Assembly (NCBI GenBank): GCA_030390025.1
Contig: CM059431.1
Span: forward strand, 129,706,001-129,770,000
Length of the DNA stretch: 64,000 nt
Source: Squalus acanthias
Taxonomy: Eukaryota
Reading direction: 5' to 3'
A program made the position numbers and the translations under genes. Below are positions 38,053-50,319 of the stretch, piece after piece; position 1 is the first letter of the stretch, and each line of letters begins with the position of its first letter. Below the pieces are notes generated by a model. It was not told where the DNA came from. It saw only the letters and a program-made list of their open reading frames with translations, and made no database searches.

Positions 38053-39084
38053 CCTGCAAAAAAAACTATCTGCGTGCGTGCGCCCAGCGCCCACTCTGCT
38101 CAGCCAACTCCAAATTAAGTTTAATTGCACTGGCTTCAACCAATTTGTAATTCTGTTTTATTTTCTTTGAAACCGCAGCGATGAGGGCAATCAATAATTA
38201 ATTAATATGGATTACCCATTTACAGTTATCAAAAAAATCGCAAGTGAACTGGACTGGATTTACTCGGAACAAAACATTTTAAAGTTTTTGTGTTTTGGAT
38301 ACATTTTCAATTAAATCAAATAAAGGTTGAACAAACCACGTGTAAGAGCGTAAGCATAACTACTATTTTGCTGAAAATGAAAAACACTGGTTGCCTCCCC
38401 CCCCCCCAAAAAAAACCACATTTACACGTGCCTGCTTTTTTAAGGGGCACAACTACAGTAATGGAAACATAAAACGAATGGAAACGTAAACCTAAATCAT
38501 AACAATGAATCTTAACGTACTGAAAAAATAATAGTTGCATTCATGGAGCAGAATTGGTATTCCTCTAATTTAATATCGTCAATGTACAAATAGAGATTTT
38601 GTAAAATCCCTAGAAATTAAAAGAATTTACACATTTCTGAAGAAAAGGCACTGCATATATTTTAGATATACTGTTCCAGCATTTACTGAAAATGAAGGTT
38701 AAAGATGTGCCTTTTAATACTGAGGGAATCATTGAAAGTGTATGGTCATTTCTGTCAATCACATGCCCCAAACTATTATCAATATGCTTATTTATTTGTG
38801 ATTATATGTTGAGCTGAAGTTATGTTTAAATTGGGAAACAATTCACCTGTTTCAGGCAGCATTAAATCTGTCGCATTCTGATGTCACTGATTAATCGTCT
38901 GGTATCATTTATTGAACACTATCACCTTTTGATGTCAGTTAACAGGCAATACTGAAAGCTGTTTTTCATATTTGACATCAGTTGAGCAAAGTGCATTTAC
39001 CATTTTGGTCCCAAGGTATAATAACTATATAAAATAAACAAATAGCATAACAAAAAGGATGAAGTTCTGTTAAAAAGGAGCAGT

Positions 39085-40710
39085 ATGACATCTTTTAATA
39101 TTAAAACACAGTGTCAGGAAAGATAATGGAATATTTATTCAAAGATGAAATAGAAAAATTTCTAGAAAATGAAAATATGATAAAGAGTAGTCAACACAGA
39201 TTTCAAAAGGGAAGGTTATGCTTGACCAACCTTATTTAATTCTTTGAAGAAGTATCAAAGAGTAGGTAAGAGTAATGTAGCAGATGTAATATATTTGGAT
39301 TTTCAAAATTCCTTCGATGGTCAGGGCATTTGGAGTCAGGGGACAAGTAGCAGAATGGCGAGCAAGCTGGCTACAATACAGTAAACAAGAGTTGGAGTTA
39401 AGGATAGTTACTCAGATTGGCAAAAGGTGGGAAGTGGTGTTCCACAAGGATTGGTGTGGGGACCACTATTGTTCACCATTTACATAAACAATTTGGACTC
39501 AAGAATCGGGAGTACACTTTCAAAACTTGAGGGCGACACCAAACTGGGGGTATAATTAATACTGAGGAAGGCTGTGTCAAAATACACAAAGAGATTAATA
39601 AATTTGCAAAATGAGCGTGTAATTGGCAATTGAATTTCAATTTAGATAATTTCAATTTAGATAAGTGTGAAGTGGTGCATTTTGGTAGGAAGAACAAGGA
39701 GATCACACACTGCTTGTAAAATAAGAGTCTAAATGGGGTTTGGGGAGCAAAGAGATCTAGGGGTACAGATACACAAATCACTAGAAGTAATGACACAGGT
39801 CAATAAGGCCATTAAAAAAAGCAAACAGAGCACTGGGGTTCATTTCTAGAGGGATAGAATCCAAAAGCAGAGACTTTTTTTTTCTTTTTGATTGGACAGA
39901 AACCAAATTAACTGTAAATCAATTAAAACTTTAAATGAAACTTAATAAATCAAATTAAAATTTGGTTGCCCGGGGTGACGATGCACTCCAGTCCCCGCGG
40001 CGCCCACCGGTCGCGGAAAAACTCAAGCGTGCCGGCGGACACCGCGTGCTCCATCTCCAGGGCCACCCGGGCGCGAACATGGCCACGGAAGAAAGGCAGG
40101 CAATCGGGCCAAACGACCCCCTAAAGCAGAGATGTTATGTTAAACTTGTATAGAAGCCTGGTTAGATCACATTTGGAGTACTGTGCACCTTTCTGGTCTC
40201 CACATTATAAAAGGGATATCGAGGCACTGGAGAAGATGCAAAAAAGATTCACAAGGATGATATCAGAACTGAGAGGTTATACCGATCAGGAAAGATTGAA
40301 CAGGCTGGGGTTTTTTCTTTAGACCTGATAAAGGTCTTTAAGGTTATGAAGGGATTTGATAGGTTAGATGTAGAGATGTTTCCACTTGTGGGGGAGAACA
40401 AAACTAGGGACCATAAATAAAAGATAGTCACTAATAAATCCAATAAGGAATTGAGGAGAAACATCTTCACACACAGAGTGGTTAGAATGTGGAACTCATT
40501 ACCTCAAGGAGTAGTTGAAGTGAATAGCATAGATGCATTTAAGGTGAAGCTAGATAAACACATGAGGGAGAAAGGAATAGAAGGATATATTGCTAGGGTT
40601 AGATGAAGTAAGGTGGGAGGAGGCTCGTGTGGAGCATAAACACTGGCATGGACCTGTTGGGCCGAATAGCCTGTTCCTGTGCTGCACATTCTATGTAATT
40701 CTATGTAAAT
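39085..40710 (+). mobile_element. Old CR1 LINE 3' part, interrupted by a Tx1-like fragment
   Basis: Decayed RT motifs, LVRSHLEYC..FWSP and an ATTCTATGT tail. Confidence 0.85.
39874..40122 (-). mobile_element. Tx1/L1-like LINE 3' end with poly(A) tail
   Basis: Homologous to 43554-43740. T-run at 39875-39889. 10-bp TSD AAAGCAGAGA (39864-39873 / 40123-40132). Confidence 0.8.
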
Positions 40711-43700
40711 AATAAAAGCAAATTACTTACCCCAGTCATACTGAGGTCAGGTACTGTGAGAACTAATACTAAGCCCATGATGATTGCCTGTATAATCTTT
40801 CTTGGAAATGTGGTCTGGGTTAGGGAGAAATGGAACATGCCACTATATGCATATTTTCAGCAAATAATCAGTAATTATACTTGGCATTACCAATGTTTTT
40901 GCCCATAAATGCACACCTAAATATTTCTAATTTGTGACATGATCTTTTATCTTTCTATTTTAAGTATTTCACAATAATGTCACTACTTTGCTGAAATAAC
41001 AAGCGGAAACCGTGATTTCCAGCAGTAATATGAAACAGATAAGTTAACACAAGGCTGCCATATGACAATGTATGAAGACAGTTGAAAAGCTTTATTATTT
41101 CAATGCTGATCATGGTACGAATGACATTTGCGCCCAGCTGTTAATGAAAAACAAATTAAGCAATAATGGATTCACAGGATTCACAGGAGTACAGTCAATT
41201 GAAATTAAAAGACCAGAGTTCAAATCCTCCAATCAAGCTGTCCATTCTCAATTTACAACCTACTCTACAACCACAAATTTACCGTTCTTATTCAACTATA
41301 TGCATGGATAATTAAATAAATAATCTGCTCTATCAGGTCTGTGCGCTTTGATGCAGTTTGTTGAAACCAGATGTTACAAGTCAGAGTCTTGCCTTAGATG
41401 TTCTCTTGGGTACACTGGTAGTTGTCACTCCTGTAAGTGGTCTGAGCGTCTTATGTTTAGGGGTGTGCTCGTACTACCCACTATCTAGACGATAGCATAA
41501 CCCAGGGGTGTAACAATAATATCCCTTGTTATCTGAACTGGATATTCATGTTTTTCACACACGCCCCCAAATCTCTTGACGACAGACTGAGAAAATATTT
41601 GGTAGGATGAGGCCAGATATAAATCATTACTTTGTTTTATTTCACAGTAAGTGAATGGAGAGAGCAACAGTTCTAATTGGAATTAGTTCAATCAGTACAA
41701 CTTGTCTTCACGTTAATTAATACACATTAATGAACATGCTACACTTTCCTACAGCAGTGGGTCATCTTGTTTGACTTTAATAAAATAGCTCTGTTTACGA
41801 TCCTACATTCTAGCCTTCTGAGTTGCAGCTTTTTGTTTAGAAACCTGACTGTGTGTCCCTATCTCTGTTTTTTTTAATCTCCCTGTTTTCACAACCAGAG
41901 TCGAGGGCCAATGCCAGACAACCCCCGCAAATTACCCACATCCAGGGACCTCCCAACACAATGGGTGTGTGGTGTTTATCAACTGCCAGGATATGCCAAT
42001 GGATGGCTTATTGTTTGTAGTCCATGCGGTCACAACTTCAGAATACAATTCACTTTGAAACACAACTCTTAAATGTGACTCTTTTTCCAAATCCTATCTC
42101 TGGAAAAAGGTTCAAGGAATCCCAAAAGATATATTTTCCTTTTCTTACAATACTTCAGTAGAATAGAAGTGATATGATTTAAGTGAAAGGATAATGATGT
42201 GGGGTGAGTCCTGTATTAGAATTTTTTGTCGCTATGTTATCAATGTGTATTATTTAATTATTTTACCTTGTTTGAAAATTCCCCATAACTATCATTTTTA
42301 AGACAAGTTAATGACCCAATCCTACAATTATCTATCTGCTGAAATATTGCATTTTGCTTTTCATGTCATTAAAGCTACACTTTCTACATTTTCTTATTAA
42401 GAACTGTTATATTTAAACATTATTTGTTTGAAGTTAAGAGTAACTTCCATTCAGTACAAAACTGATTGTCTGCATTATTAGCTCAACATTGCCCAAGGAA
42501 CATCCAGATTTCACCCACTGTTCTAATGCCCTGTGCATTGAATAAAACCTCGAAGCTGCTGGTGAAGGTCAGATAGTTGCCATGAAGCAGGATCTTCTAA
42601 TGGGACATTTCAACACTGATATAATAATTTTTTTTGAGTCAATAATGCTGTTAACCACTTGGAAGCAGAACAATATGTGTCAGCTGAAATATCCTGCCAC
42701 CCAATCACTGCCATACTTTTTTATTTTTTAGTGAATTCATTTTCAACAATTCAGGCAGGGGAAGGCTGCGCACCCCAGAGGAGCGAGAGCCTAATTTAAA
42801 TGGCAGTGTCGCATCCTGATGACCGCATTGGGATACGTATGCCATTTTAACCACGAGCCTGACTCTGGACCACACAGTCTTCAACCCATTGGCAAAAGCT
42901 AGCGGCAGCAAGGATCTTGGACACAGGGGGCCAAGGTCTGTAATTAAAAAAATGTTTTGCAGTTGCCTTGTGGATACCGTGGGCCTCCCCTGTTCTGGGC
43001 TTCCACCCCTGCCCCAATCACAGACATGCTAATTCCTCCCCCCCCAAATTCATACCTACCTTGCTAGTGACCATTTCTGTGAATTCTCAGTGGTGGCCTG
43101 AACCCCCACCAATTTTGACTCCCACCCTGTGGTGACATCATTCCCTTCATGTGGGTGTCAGTGCCAGGGCATGTAAATGAGTTTCATGAGTTCAAACCTC
43201 CTGGGCGTCACACTCCGGGGCGGGCGGGTGCAGACGGTTCAACCCTGCTTCGACCCCCCCCACCCCCGATTCCCACTCAAGATAAAATTAGTTCTTGGGT
43301 TTCTAAAAAACTCAAATGAAACAGTTTACATTGTAGGATTGTAATATTTTTCCAAAGCATGACATTTTTAATTTTTAAAAGCATGAAAGTATTTCCCAAA
43401 ATGAAGTAGTAGGAATGCATTTGAAGCTATTCCAAATAATTCATGTGATGTTGACAATCATGTGATTAATCTATGTTTGCTATTCTGAACTTTGTGTACT
43501 CTTTTGGTGATGCTGTAAACAAATAAACTGTAACTTAAAACATTAAAGGAAACTTAATAAATTAAATTAAAATTCCATTGCCGGTGGTGATAATGCACTC
43601 CAGTCCCTGCGGTGCCCATCGGTCGCGGAAGGCCTCGAGCGTGCCGACGGAAACCGCGTGCTCCATCTCCAGGGCCACCCGGGCACGAACGTGGCCGCGG

Positions 43701-43886
43701 AAGACAGGCAGGCAGTCGGACCGAACGACCCCCTCGACCGCCCACTGCCTGGACCAGTTGATGACCACTTTGGCCAGGCCCAGGAGCAGTCCTATGAGGA
43801 GGTCCCCTCCGCACCGGGTGACCAAAGATCAGGAGCGTAGGACTGAAGTGCAGCCAGAAATTGAGGAGCAGCCCCTTCAAATAGTG

Positions 43887-45213
43887 AGAAGTCGCACAAC
43901 ACCAGGTTATAGTCCAACAGTTTTATTTGAAATCACGAGCTTTCGGAGCGCTGCTCCTTCGTCAGGTAAAGTGAGGGAATACAAATCAGCAAAGCATATA
44001 TAGACAGAGAACAATGTGTCTCTGACTGCCCTCCATCACACCTCGGCAGAGATACAATCAGTCAGGAAGGCATTACATCAAAGACACAACAAAATACAGC
44101 TAAGACAATGAGGTGGGGTCACAGGGGGTCCAACGTGTCAAATGCTGCAGTCTGCAGTTAAGCTTTTTACTTTTTTTTAAAACTGGAAATCACATCTGTG
44201 AACAAGACAATGATGACTCGCGTCTGGATGACTCTACGTCATGTAGCGTGACATGAAACCAAGATCCCGGTTGAGGCCGTCCTCATGGGTGCGGAACTTG
44301 GCTATCAGTTTCTGCTCGATGATTTTGCGTTGTCGTGTGTCTCGAAGGCCACCTTGGAGAACGCTTACCCGCAGATCCGAGGCTGAATGTCCTTGACTGC
44401 TGAAGTGTTCCCCGACTGGGAGGTAACAATCCTGCCTGGCGATTGTTGCACGGTGTCCGTTCATACGTTGTCTCAGTGTCTGCATGGTCTCGCCGATGTA
44501 CCATGCTGCGGTGCATCCTTTCCTGCAACGTATGAGGTAGACAACGTTGGCCGAGTCACATGAGTATGTACCATGTACCTGGTGGGTAGTGTCCTCACGT
44601 GTGATGATGTTATCTGTGTTGATGATCTGGTATGTCTTGCAGAGGTTGCCGTGGCAGGGTTGTGTGGTGTCGTGGTCGCTGTTCTCCTGACAGCTGGGTA
44701 GTTTGCTGCGAACGATGGTACTTTTGAGGTTAGGCAGCTGCTTGAAGGCGAGTAGTGGAGGCGTGGGGATGGCCTTAGCAAGGTGTTCGTCGTCATCGTT
44801 CCAAATGCAAACCGGTTGCATCCTGTCTTTATCAGTGTTTACCGAGTATGATCCAATCTTATACTGAAATGTATATTCGACGCCATCTTGTCTGCCCACT
44901 GTATTTCTGGAAGCTTCTGCCACGATGCGCGGCGGCCATTTTACAGGCTTCTGTGTCCTTTATATCAGGACAGCATTTTGTTTAATAAAACTGATCAAAC
45001 GAATCTGCTTCTCTTATGTTATTTCGAATCGCGATAATTGCGAAACTTTACAGAGGTGTGATGGAGGGCAGTCAGAAACACATTGTTCTCTGTCGAAGGA
45101 GCAGCGCTCCGAAAGCTCGTGATTTCAAATAAAACTGTTGGACTATAACCTGGTCTTGTGCGACTTCTCATTTTTGTCCACCCCAGTCCAACACCGGCAT
45201 CTCCGCATCATGA
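43887..45213 (-). mobile_element. 5'-truncated Penelope-like element (GIY-YIG end, pLTR, unrelated filler, inverted pLTR arm)
   Basis: Segment 44234-44798 closely matches the 3' end of ORF 51197-53875. 13-bp TSD CCTTCAAATAGTG (43874-43886 / 45214-45226). Confidence 0.92.
43933..43969 (-). ncRNA. Minimal type I hammerhead ribozyme
   Basis: Minus strand TTAC-CTGACGA-A-GGAGC(AGC)GCTCC-GAA-AGCT-C-GTGA. Predicted cleavage after CUC. Confidence 0.8.
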
Positions 45214-45717
45214 CCTTCAAATAGTGGAAGAGGGGCTGCAACCTCTCACACTCCATGTATACATGGAACACGGACTCCTCCAGGCCACAGAAAAGGCAGG
45301 CAGCCTGGGAGTCCGTGAACCTACTTAAAACTTTATTGCACGGGACTGCTCCGTCCAGGCCAAGTCCCCAATAGATAAAGGGAGGACTCCTGCGTAGAGA
45401 GCCCTCCATTGGGGGCCTCCGCCGGACGGCAAGATGGTGTGCCAAGGCATGTCCGGACTGCAGACGAGGATGGCAAAATGGAGGGTGTGCAAGAGTAGCC
45501 CGTACAGGAAACCCCACCGTGCAGAATGAAAAGGCACAGAGGGCATTTCCCGGAGACAGCTCTGAACTTTGTGTAAAACACTCCTTATCAGTAATTGTTT
45601 GCCTATATTAAATCAATGCAAAACTAATTTTACACCAGAGTATAAACAACATATAGAATGCCTTTTTGTTTGTATTTCAGCCCAAAAAAAATACATAAAA
45701 AATAACAATGCATTGTT

Positions 45718-46296
45718 GGCCCAAATTTTGCTGTCAAAATAACTGCGGGGTTAATTGTGCTCAGCGTTATTATTTTGCAAATGCCTCAGCAACTTCAGGC
45801 AAGGGCAGATGCACAATTAAATGCGGAAATAGAAAAGTTGATGTCGGAGATGCGCCGCTCCACCATTAGCTTCGCGAAATCGGCATCTCGCTGTCTGGGT
45901 TCCCATTCAAATGCATTGCGTGGCGTGAAGTTCGTGTAATTACATGGTAGATACGAAGTAAACTCGCCACGGAAAGTTAAGTCATTTCAAATCTAAGTAC
46001 CTTTTCAATGACGTGATATGTTAATTACTGCCTGTCAACCTCTCTGGCACTGAAAATTAACTATTAAAAGTGTGAAGTCTCATTCCTTCAGTTTTCAGAA
46101 TCCTTCAATCTCATTGGTTAAGGGAATACACAGTTGCTTGCCCTGTTTAATCAGATCCCAGATGCCCTGTAGAGGGCTCCATGCAGTTTCCAGCTCGCAA
46201 CTTACAGGAAAAAATATTGTCGACATTAACCGGGCAAGGGCAAGTTTAACGAACAGCAGGCGCCATTCGTTGACCTGCCACAGAAATTTTTGGGTC
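45718..46296. mobile_element. Probable non-autonomous DNA element (Harbinger-like MITE)
   Basis: Imperfect inverted ends GGCCCAAATTTT and AATTTTTGGGTC around a CpG-enriched non-coding interior. Confidence 0.45.
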
Positions 46297-46849
46297 AATG
46301 TTTTATAATTTTTTTTTAAAGCTTAGTGCAGTGACTTTACCTAACTTTGTAAAGGTTTCTTTCTTTAAGGGATAATTTGCCATACACCGTTGGAATGACC
46401 AATTTTTCTTGGGAAAAATTTAATGTGGAAGAGAATGACCGACCTTTAACAATTTGCATAATGTCATGTCATTATATAGGAACGATTTAATCTGTGTCCT
46501 CAAACACCTATTCCTTATGTAAGACCAGACTTTGCCACCTGAGCTCTAGTTCAGAGCCAAAGAGTAAATATGGGCCTTCTGTAAGTTCTGGGTTGATGAA
46601 AGGGATGTTGCACCGTTTTTAGGAAATCAACCTAAATATTTATCTCTTACATTTCCAAGATTCTGGCAAACTGTCTTACTGATTGGTTTGTAGAGCATAA
46701 CATTTTTTGTATGTGGAGAATGTTCCCTAAAAGAAACGAAAGATTCTACAAGGCAGATGATCTCATTTTCTTCTGTTATTCACATTCCTTTATGCATCAC
46801 TGAAGACTGACCAAGCAGCCAGTTTCTAATTTACAAAAAAGACCTAGAT

Positions 46850-47715
46850 TGAGGAACACAAATTTCCAGCAGATGCCAAATTAGATGGAGCAGTAGAATT
46901 GGAGGAGGTGGATCAAAAATTGCAGAAAAGTTGGGCAAAATATGTAAGTGGCCAGAACAATGGCAAATTAAATTTCATGCAGGTTAGTGCAGAATACAGC
47001 ATGTAAGAAGGAAAAATAGGCAATGCACATACTCCTTGAATAGTGTTTAAATAGCACTGATGAAGCTGTAACAGACCTAGGAGTGTTAGTCGACTCAACA
47101 CTAAACATGTCCAACAAATGCAGAGGAGCATTCAACAAAGCCAATAGAATGTTGAACTACATAGTTAAACCATTCCACTTCAGTCCCATGTTCCTGATCT
47201 TTGGCCACCCGGTGCAGAGCGGGGCGGGCATGTCGGAGGACCTCCTCGTGGGTCTGCTCCAAGGCCAGGCCAAGGTGGCCATCCACAGGTCCAGGTTGAA
47301 TGCAGCCCGTGAGGGGTGGTTGCTCTGGCTGCCTGCCTCTCTTCAGCATCTTTGTCCGCACTTGGATGGTCCTGGAGAAGGAGCACCTGGTGTCCGCCGG
47401 TATGCTTGAGGCTTTCCGTGACCGTTGGGCACTGCAGGAACTGTATAGTAGACACGGGTAATAGTATTATTACTTAATTTGATAAGTTTCCGTTGTATTT
47501 TAATGTCGTTGTTTTCTATTAGCTGTACCCCTTTAAAAGGGGGCTCTTTTCTTTGTTTTTGTTTGATGATATTGGGGCAACTCAGTTTTTCCTTATCATT
47601 AATTAAAGAAAAGGCATAGTCAAAACATCAGCGTATAAGTCAGAGGACGTCGTGACCAAACTATATTGCACTGGTCAGACCACACCTTGAATACTGTGTC
47701 CAGTCCAGGTCACCC
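46850..47715 (+). mobile_element. Old CR1 fragment with a nested Tx1-like 3' fragment (about 47171-47614)
   Basis: CR1 RT remnants on both sides. The insert is homologous to 43554-43860 and flanked by the near-repeats CATAGTTAAA / CATAGTCAAA. Confidence 0.7.
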
Positions 47716-50281
47716 TATTAAACCAGGCATGCGCGTTTCCCGGCCCTATTAAAGGGTGCGGGTCTGATGATGTCATTGATAACTCATTTCCAGCGCCCAT
47801 ATTTAAAGCAGCCTTGCACACAACTCATTTGAAGGTGAGTAAAGGAGTGTGGAAGGAGCATTGATAAGGTTGGATTTATTGTGCAAAGTGATAAATATGA
47901 ATACCCAAAGGCAGAGGGCTGCACCCCACTTTACAGATGCCTCACTGCATATTCTGGTCAAGGCAGTAAGAGCACGCAGGGAGGTCCTCTTCCCAGCAGA
48001 TGGGCGCAAGAGACCTCCCCAAGAGACCAAAAGGGCCTGGCTGGAAATAGCAGAGGAGGTCAGCAGCAGGGAGGTCATGAGGAGGACCTGGATACAGTGC
48101 AGGGAGAGTTTCAATGGTCTGCTGAGGTCAGGAAAGGTGAGTGCAATGCCACACTCACCTTCATCCTGATGTGCCTGTCACCACATCCCCATCACTCTGC
48201 CTTCCCAAGCCTACTCCTGCACATCATTACTCACACCAACATACCGTCCCGGTCCATCCATCGCTCTCTCTCTATGTACATACAGTACTCACATTCCCAT
48301 CTGACTAATCACCCCTCACACTCATCCTCATCCTAATGCAATCATAGCAAGTAACACCACAGAAGGAGGCCATTTGGCATTGCCACCCCACTCCCTCATA
48401 GTCACCCTCTACAGATGTAACCCATCCATTCCTTACGCTCATTCCATCACTCTCACTCAAACTTCCCTTCTTTCCCTCCTTGCAGGAGCAAAGAGCCTAG
48501 AACAACAGAGAGAGGGAGAGAACTGGAGGTGGCCCTTCAGTCTTCGCACACCTAACAGCAGCAGAGGAGGGGGCTCTGGAGATCTCGGGAGCTCGAGATG
48601 CTGGCGGTGGGAGATGGACATCCCAGCAACCTGGTGACAGAATCACGTCTCATAAAGCCACATGGCATACAACAGTCACTCATATGGTGACTGATGTCAG
48701 CAGCCAGTGAAATGTCACAGAGTCATAGTCAGAGAGTTATACAGCACAGAAAGAGGCCCTTCGGCCCATCGTGTCCACGCCGGCCATCAAGCCCTGTCTA
48801 TTCTAATCCCATTTTCCAGCACTTGGTCCGTAGCCTTGTATGCTATGGCGTTTCAAGTGCTCATCTAAATGCTTCTTGAATGTTGTGAGGGTTCCTGCCT
48901 CTACCACTCTTTCAGGCAGTGAGTTCCAGATTCCAACCACCCTCTGGGTGAAAAAGTTTTTCCTCAAATCCCCTCTAAACCTCCTGCCCCTTACCTTGAA
49001 ACTATGCCCCCTTGTTAGTGACCCCTCTACTAAGGGGAAAAGGTCCTTTCCATCTACCCTATCTATGCCCCTCATAATTATGTACACCTCAATCAGGTCC
49101 CCCCTCAGCCTTCTCTGCTCTAAGGAAAACAACCCCAGCCTGTCCAGTCTCTCTTCATAGCTGAAACGCTCCAGCCCAGCTAACATCCTGGTGAATCTCC
49201 TCTACACCCTCTCTAATGCAATCACCTCCTTCCTATACTGTGGCGACCAGAACTGCACACAGTATTCCAGCTGTGGCCTAAGTAGCGTTTTGTACAGCTC
49301 CATCATAACCTCCCTGCTCTTATATTCTATGCCTCGGCTAATGAAGGTAAGTATCCCATATGCCTTTTTAACCACCATATCTACCTGTCCTGCTGCCTTC
49401 AGGGATCTATGTACATGCACACCAAGGTCCCTCTGATCCTCTGTCCTTCCTAGGGTCCTACTATTCATTGTGTATTCCCTTGCCTTGTTAGTCCTCCCAA
49501 AATGCATCACCTCACACTTTTCAGGGTTAAATTCTATTTGCCACTGTTCTGCCCATCGGATCAACCGGTCTATATCGTCCTGTACCCTGAGGCTTCCCTC
49601 CTCGCTGTTTACCACCCCACCAATTTTCGTGTCATCTGCGAACTTACTGATCATACCTCCTACATTCATATCTAAATCATTAATGTACACTACAAACAGC
49701 AAAGGACCCAGCACCGATCCCTGCGGTACACCACTGGACACAGGCTTCCAGTCACAAAAACAACCTTCGACCATCACCCTCTGCCTCCTGCCACTAAGCC
49801 AATTTTGGATCCAATGTGCCAAGTTGCCCTGGATCCCATGGGATCTTACCTTCTTGACCAGTCTCCCATGTGGGACTTTGTCAAAAGCCTTACTGAAGTC
49901 CATGTAGACCACATCAACTTCACTACCCTCATCCACACACCTAGTCACCCCCTCGAAAAATTCAATCAAATTGGTCAGACATGATCTCCCCCTGACAAAG
50001 CCATGCTGACTATCCTTGATTAATCCTTGCCTCTCCAAGTGGAGACTAATTCTGTCCCTCAGAATTTTTTCCAGTAATTTCCCTACCACTGATGTTAGGC
50101 TCACTGGCCTATAATTCCCTGGTTTATCCCTACTACCCTTCTTGAATAATGGTACTACGTTAGCTGTTCTCCAGTCCTCTGGCACCTCCCCTGTGATGCG
50201 GAGATGCCGGTGTTGGACTGGGGTGGACAAAATTGAGAGGTCGCACAACACCAGGTTATAGTCCAACAGTTTTATTTGAAA

Positions 50282-50319
50282 TCACAAGCTTTCGGAACTA
50301 TCGCTCCTTCCTCAGGTGA
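50282..50319 (-). ncRNA. Minimal hammerhead ribozyme (copy in the inverted pLTR)
   Basis: Reverse complement of 51072-51109. Confidence 0.8.

Larger units (their letters stand above)
36150..38100. promoter_or_regulatory. CpG island (promoter and first exon/intron of the miRNA host gene)
   Basis: Abrupt GC- and CpG-rich stretch within AT-rich unique DNA. It contains NRF1-like GCGCATGCGT (36715), YY1-like AACATGGCG (36746) and AAATGGCCG (37446), CATGTG/CACGCG E-box variants and CA microsatellites. Confidence 0.9.
43545..45550 (-). mobile_element. Tx1/L1-like LINE 3' portion (zf-RVT region), split by a Penelope-like element
   Basis: CLFCGLEESVFHVYMEC zinc-finger motif. The frame joins across the insertion as LFHYLK|GLLLNFW. 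Confidence 0.8.

Noticed and set aside
36075..38170. Many overlapping ORFs (up to 258 aa) in the GC-rich region
   Set aside because: Low-complexity Arg/Pro/Gly/Ala translations on both strands, as expected from stop-codon scarcity in a CpG island. No recognisable domain.
42684..43300. Possible additional old MITE
   Set aside because: GC-richer patch with only vague inverted ends and no convincing TSD, too degenerate to call.
45085..45122. Sixth hammerhead copy
   Set aside because: An internal deletion removed stem I and the CUGA of the core (it reads CTGTCGAAGG), so it is predicted to be inactive.
49202..50266. 354-aa ORF and the 54265..54660 ORF, both starting MDYNLVLCDLSIL
   Set aside because: Chance in-frame fusions of pLTR sequence (non-ATG start) with flanking CR1 DNA at the insertion junctions.
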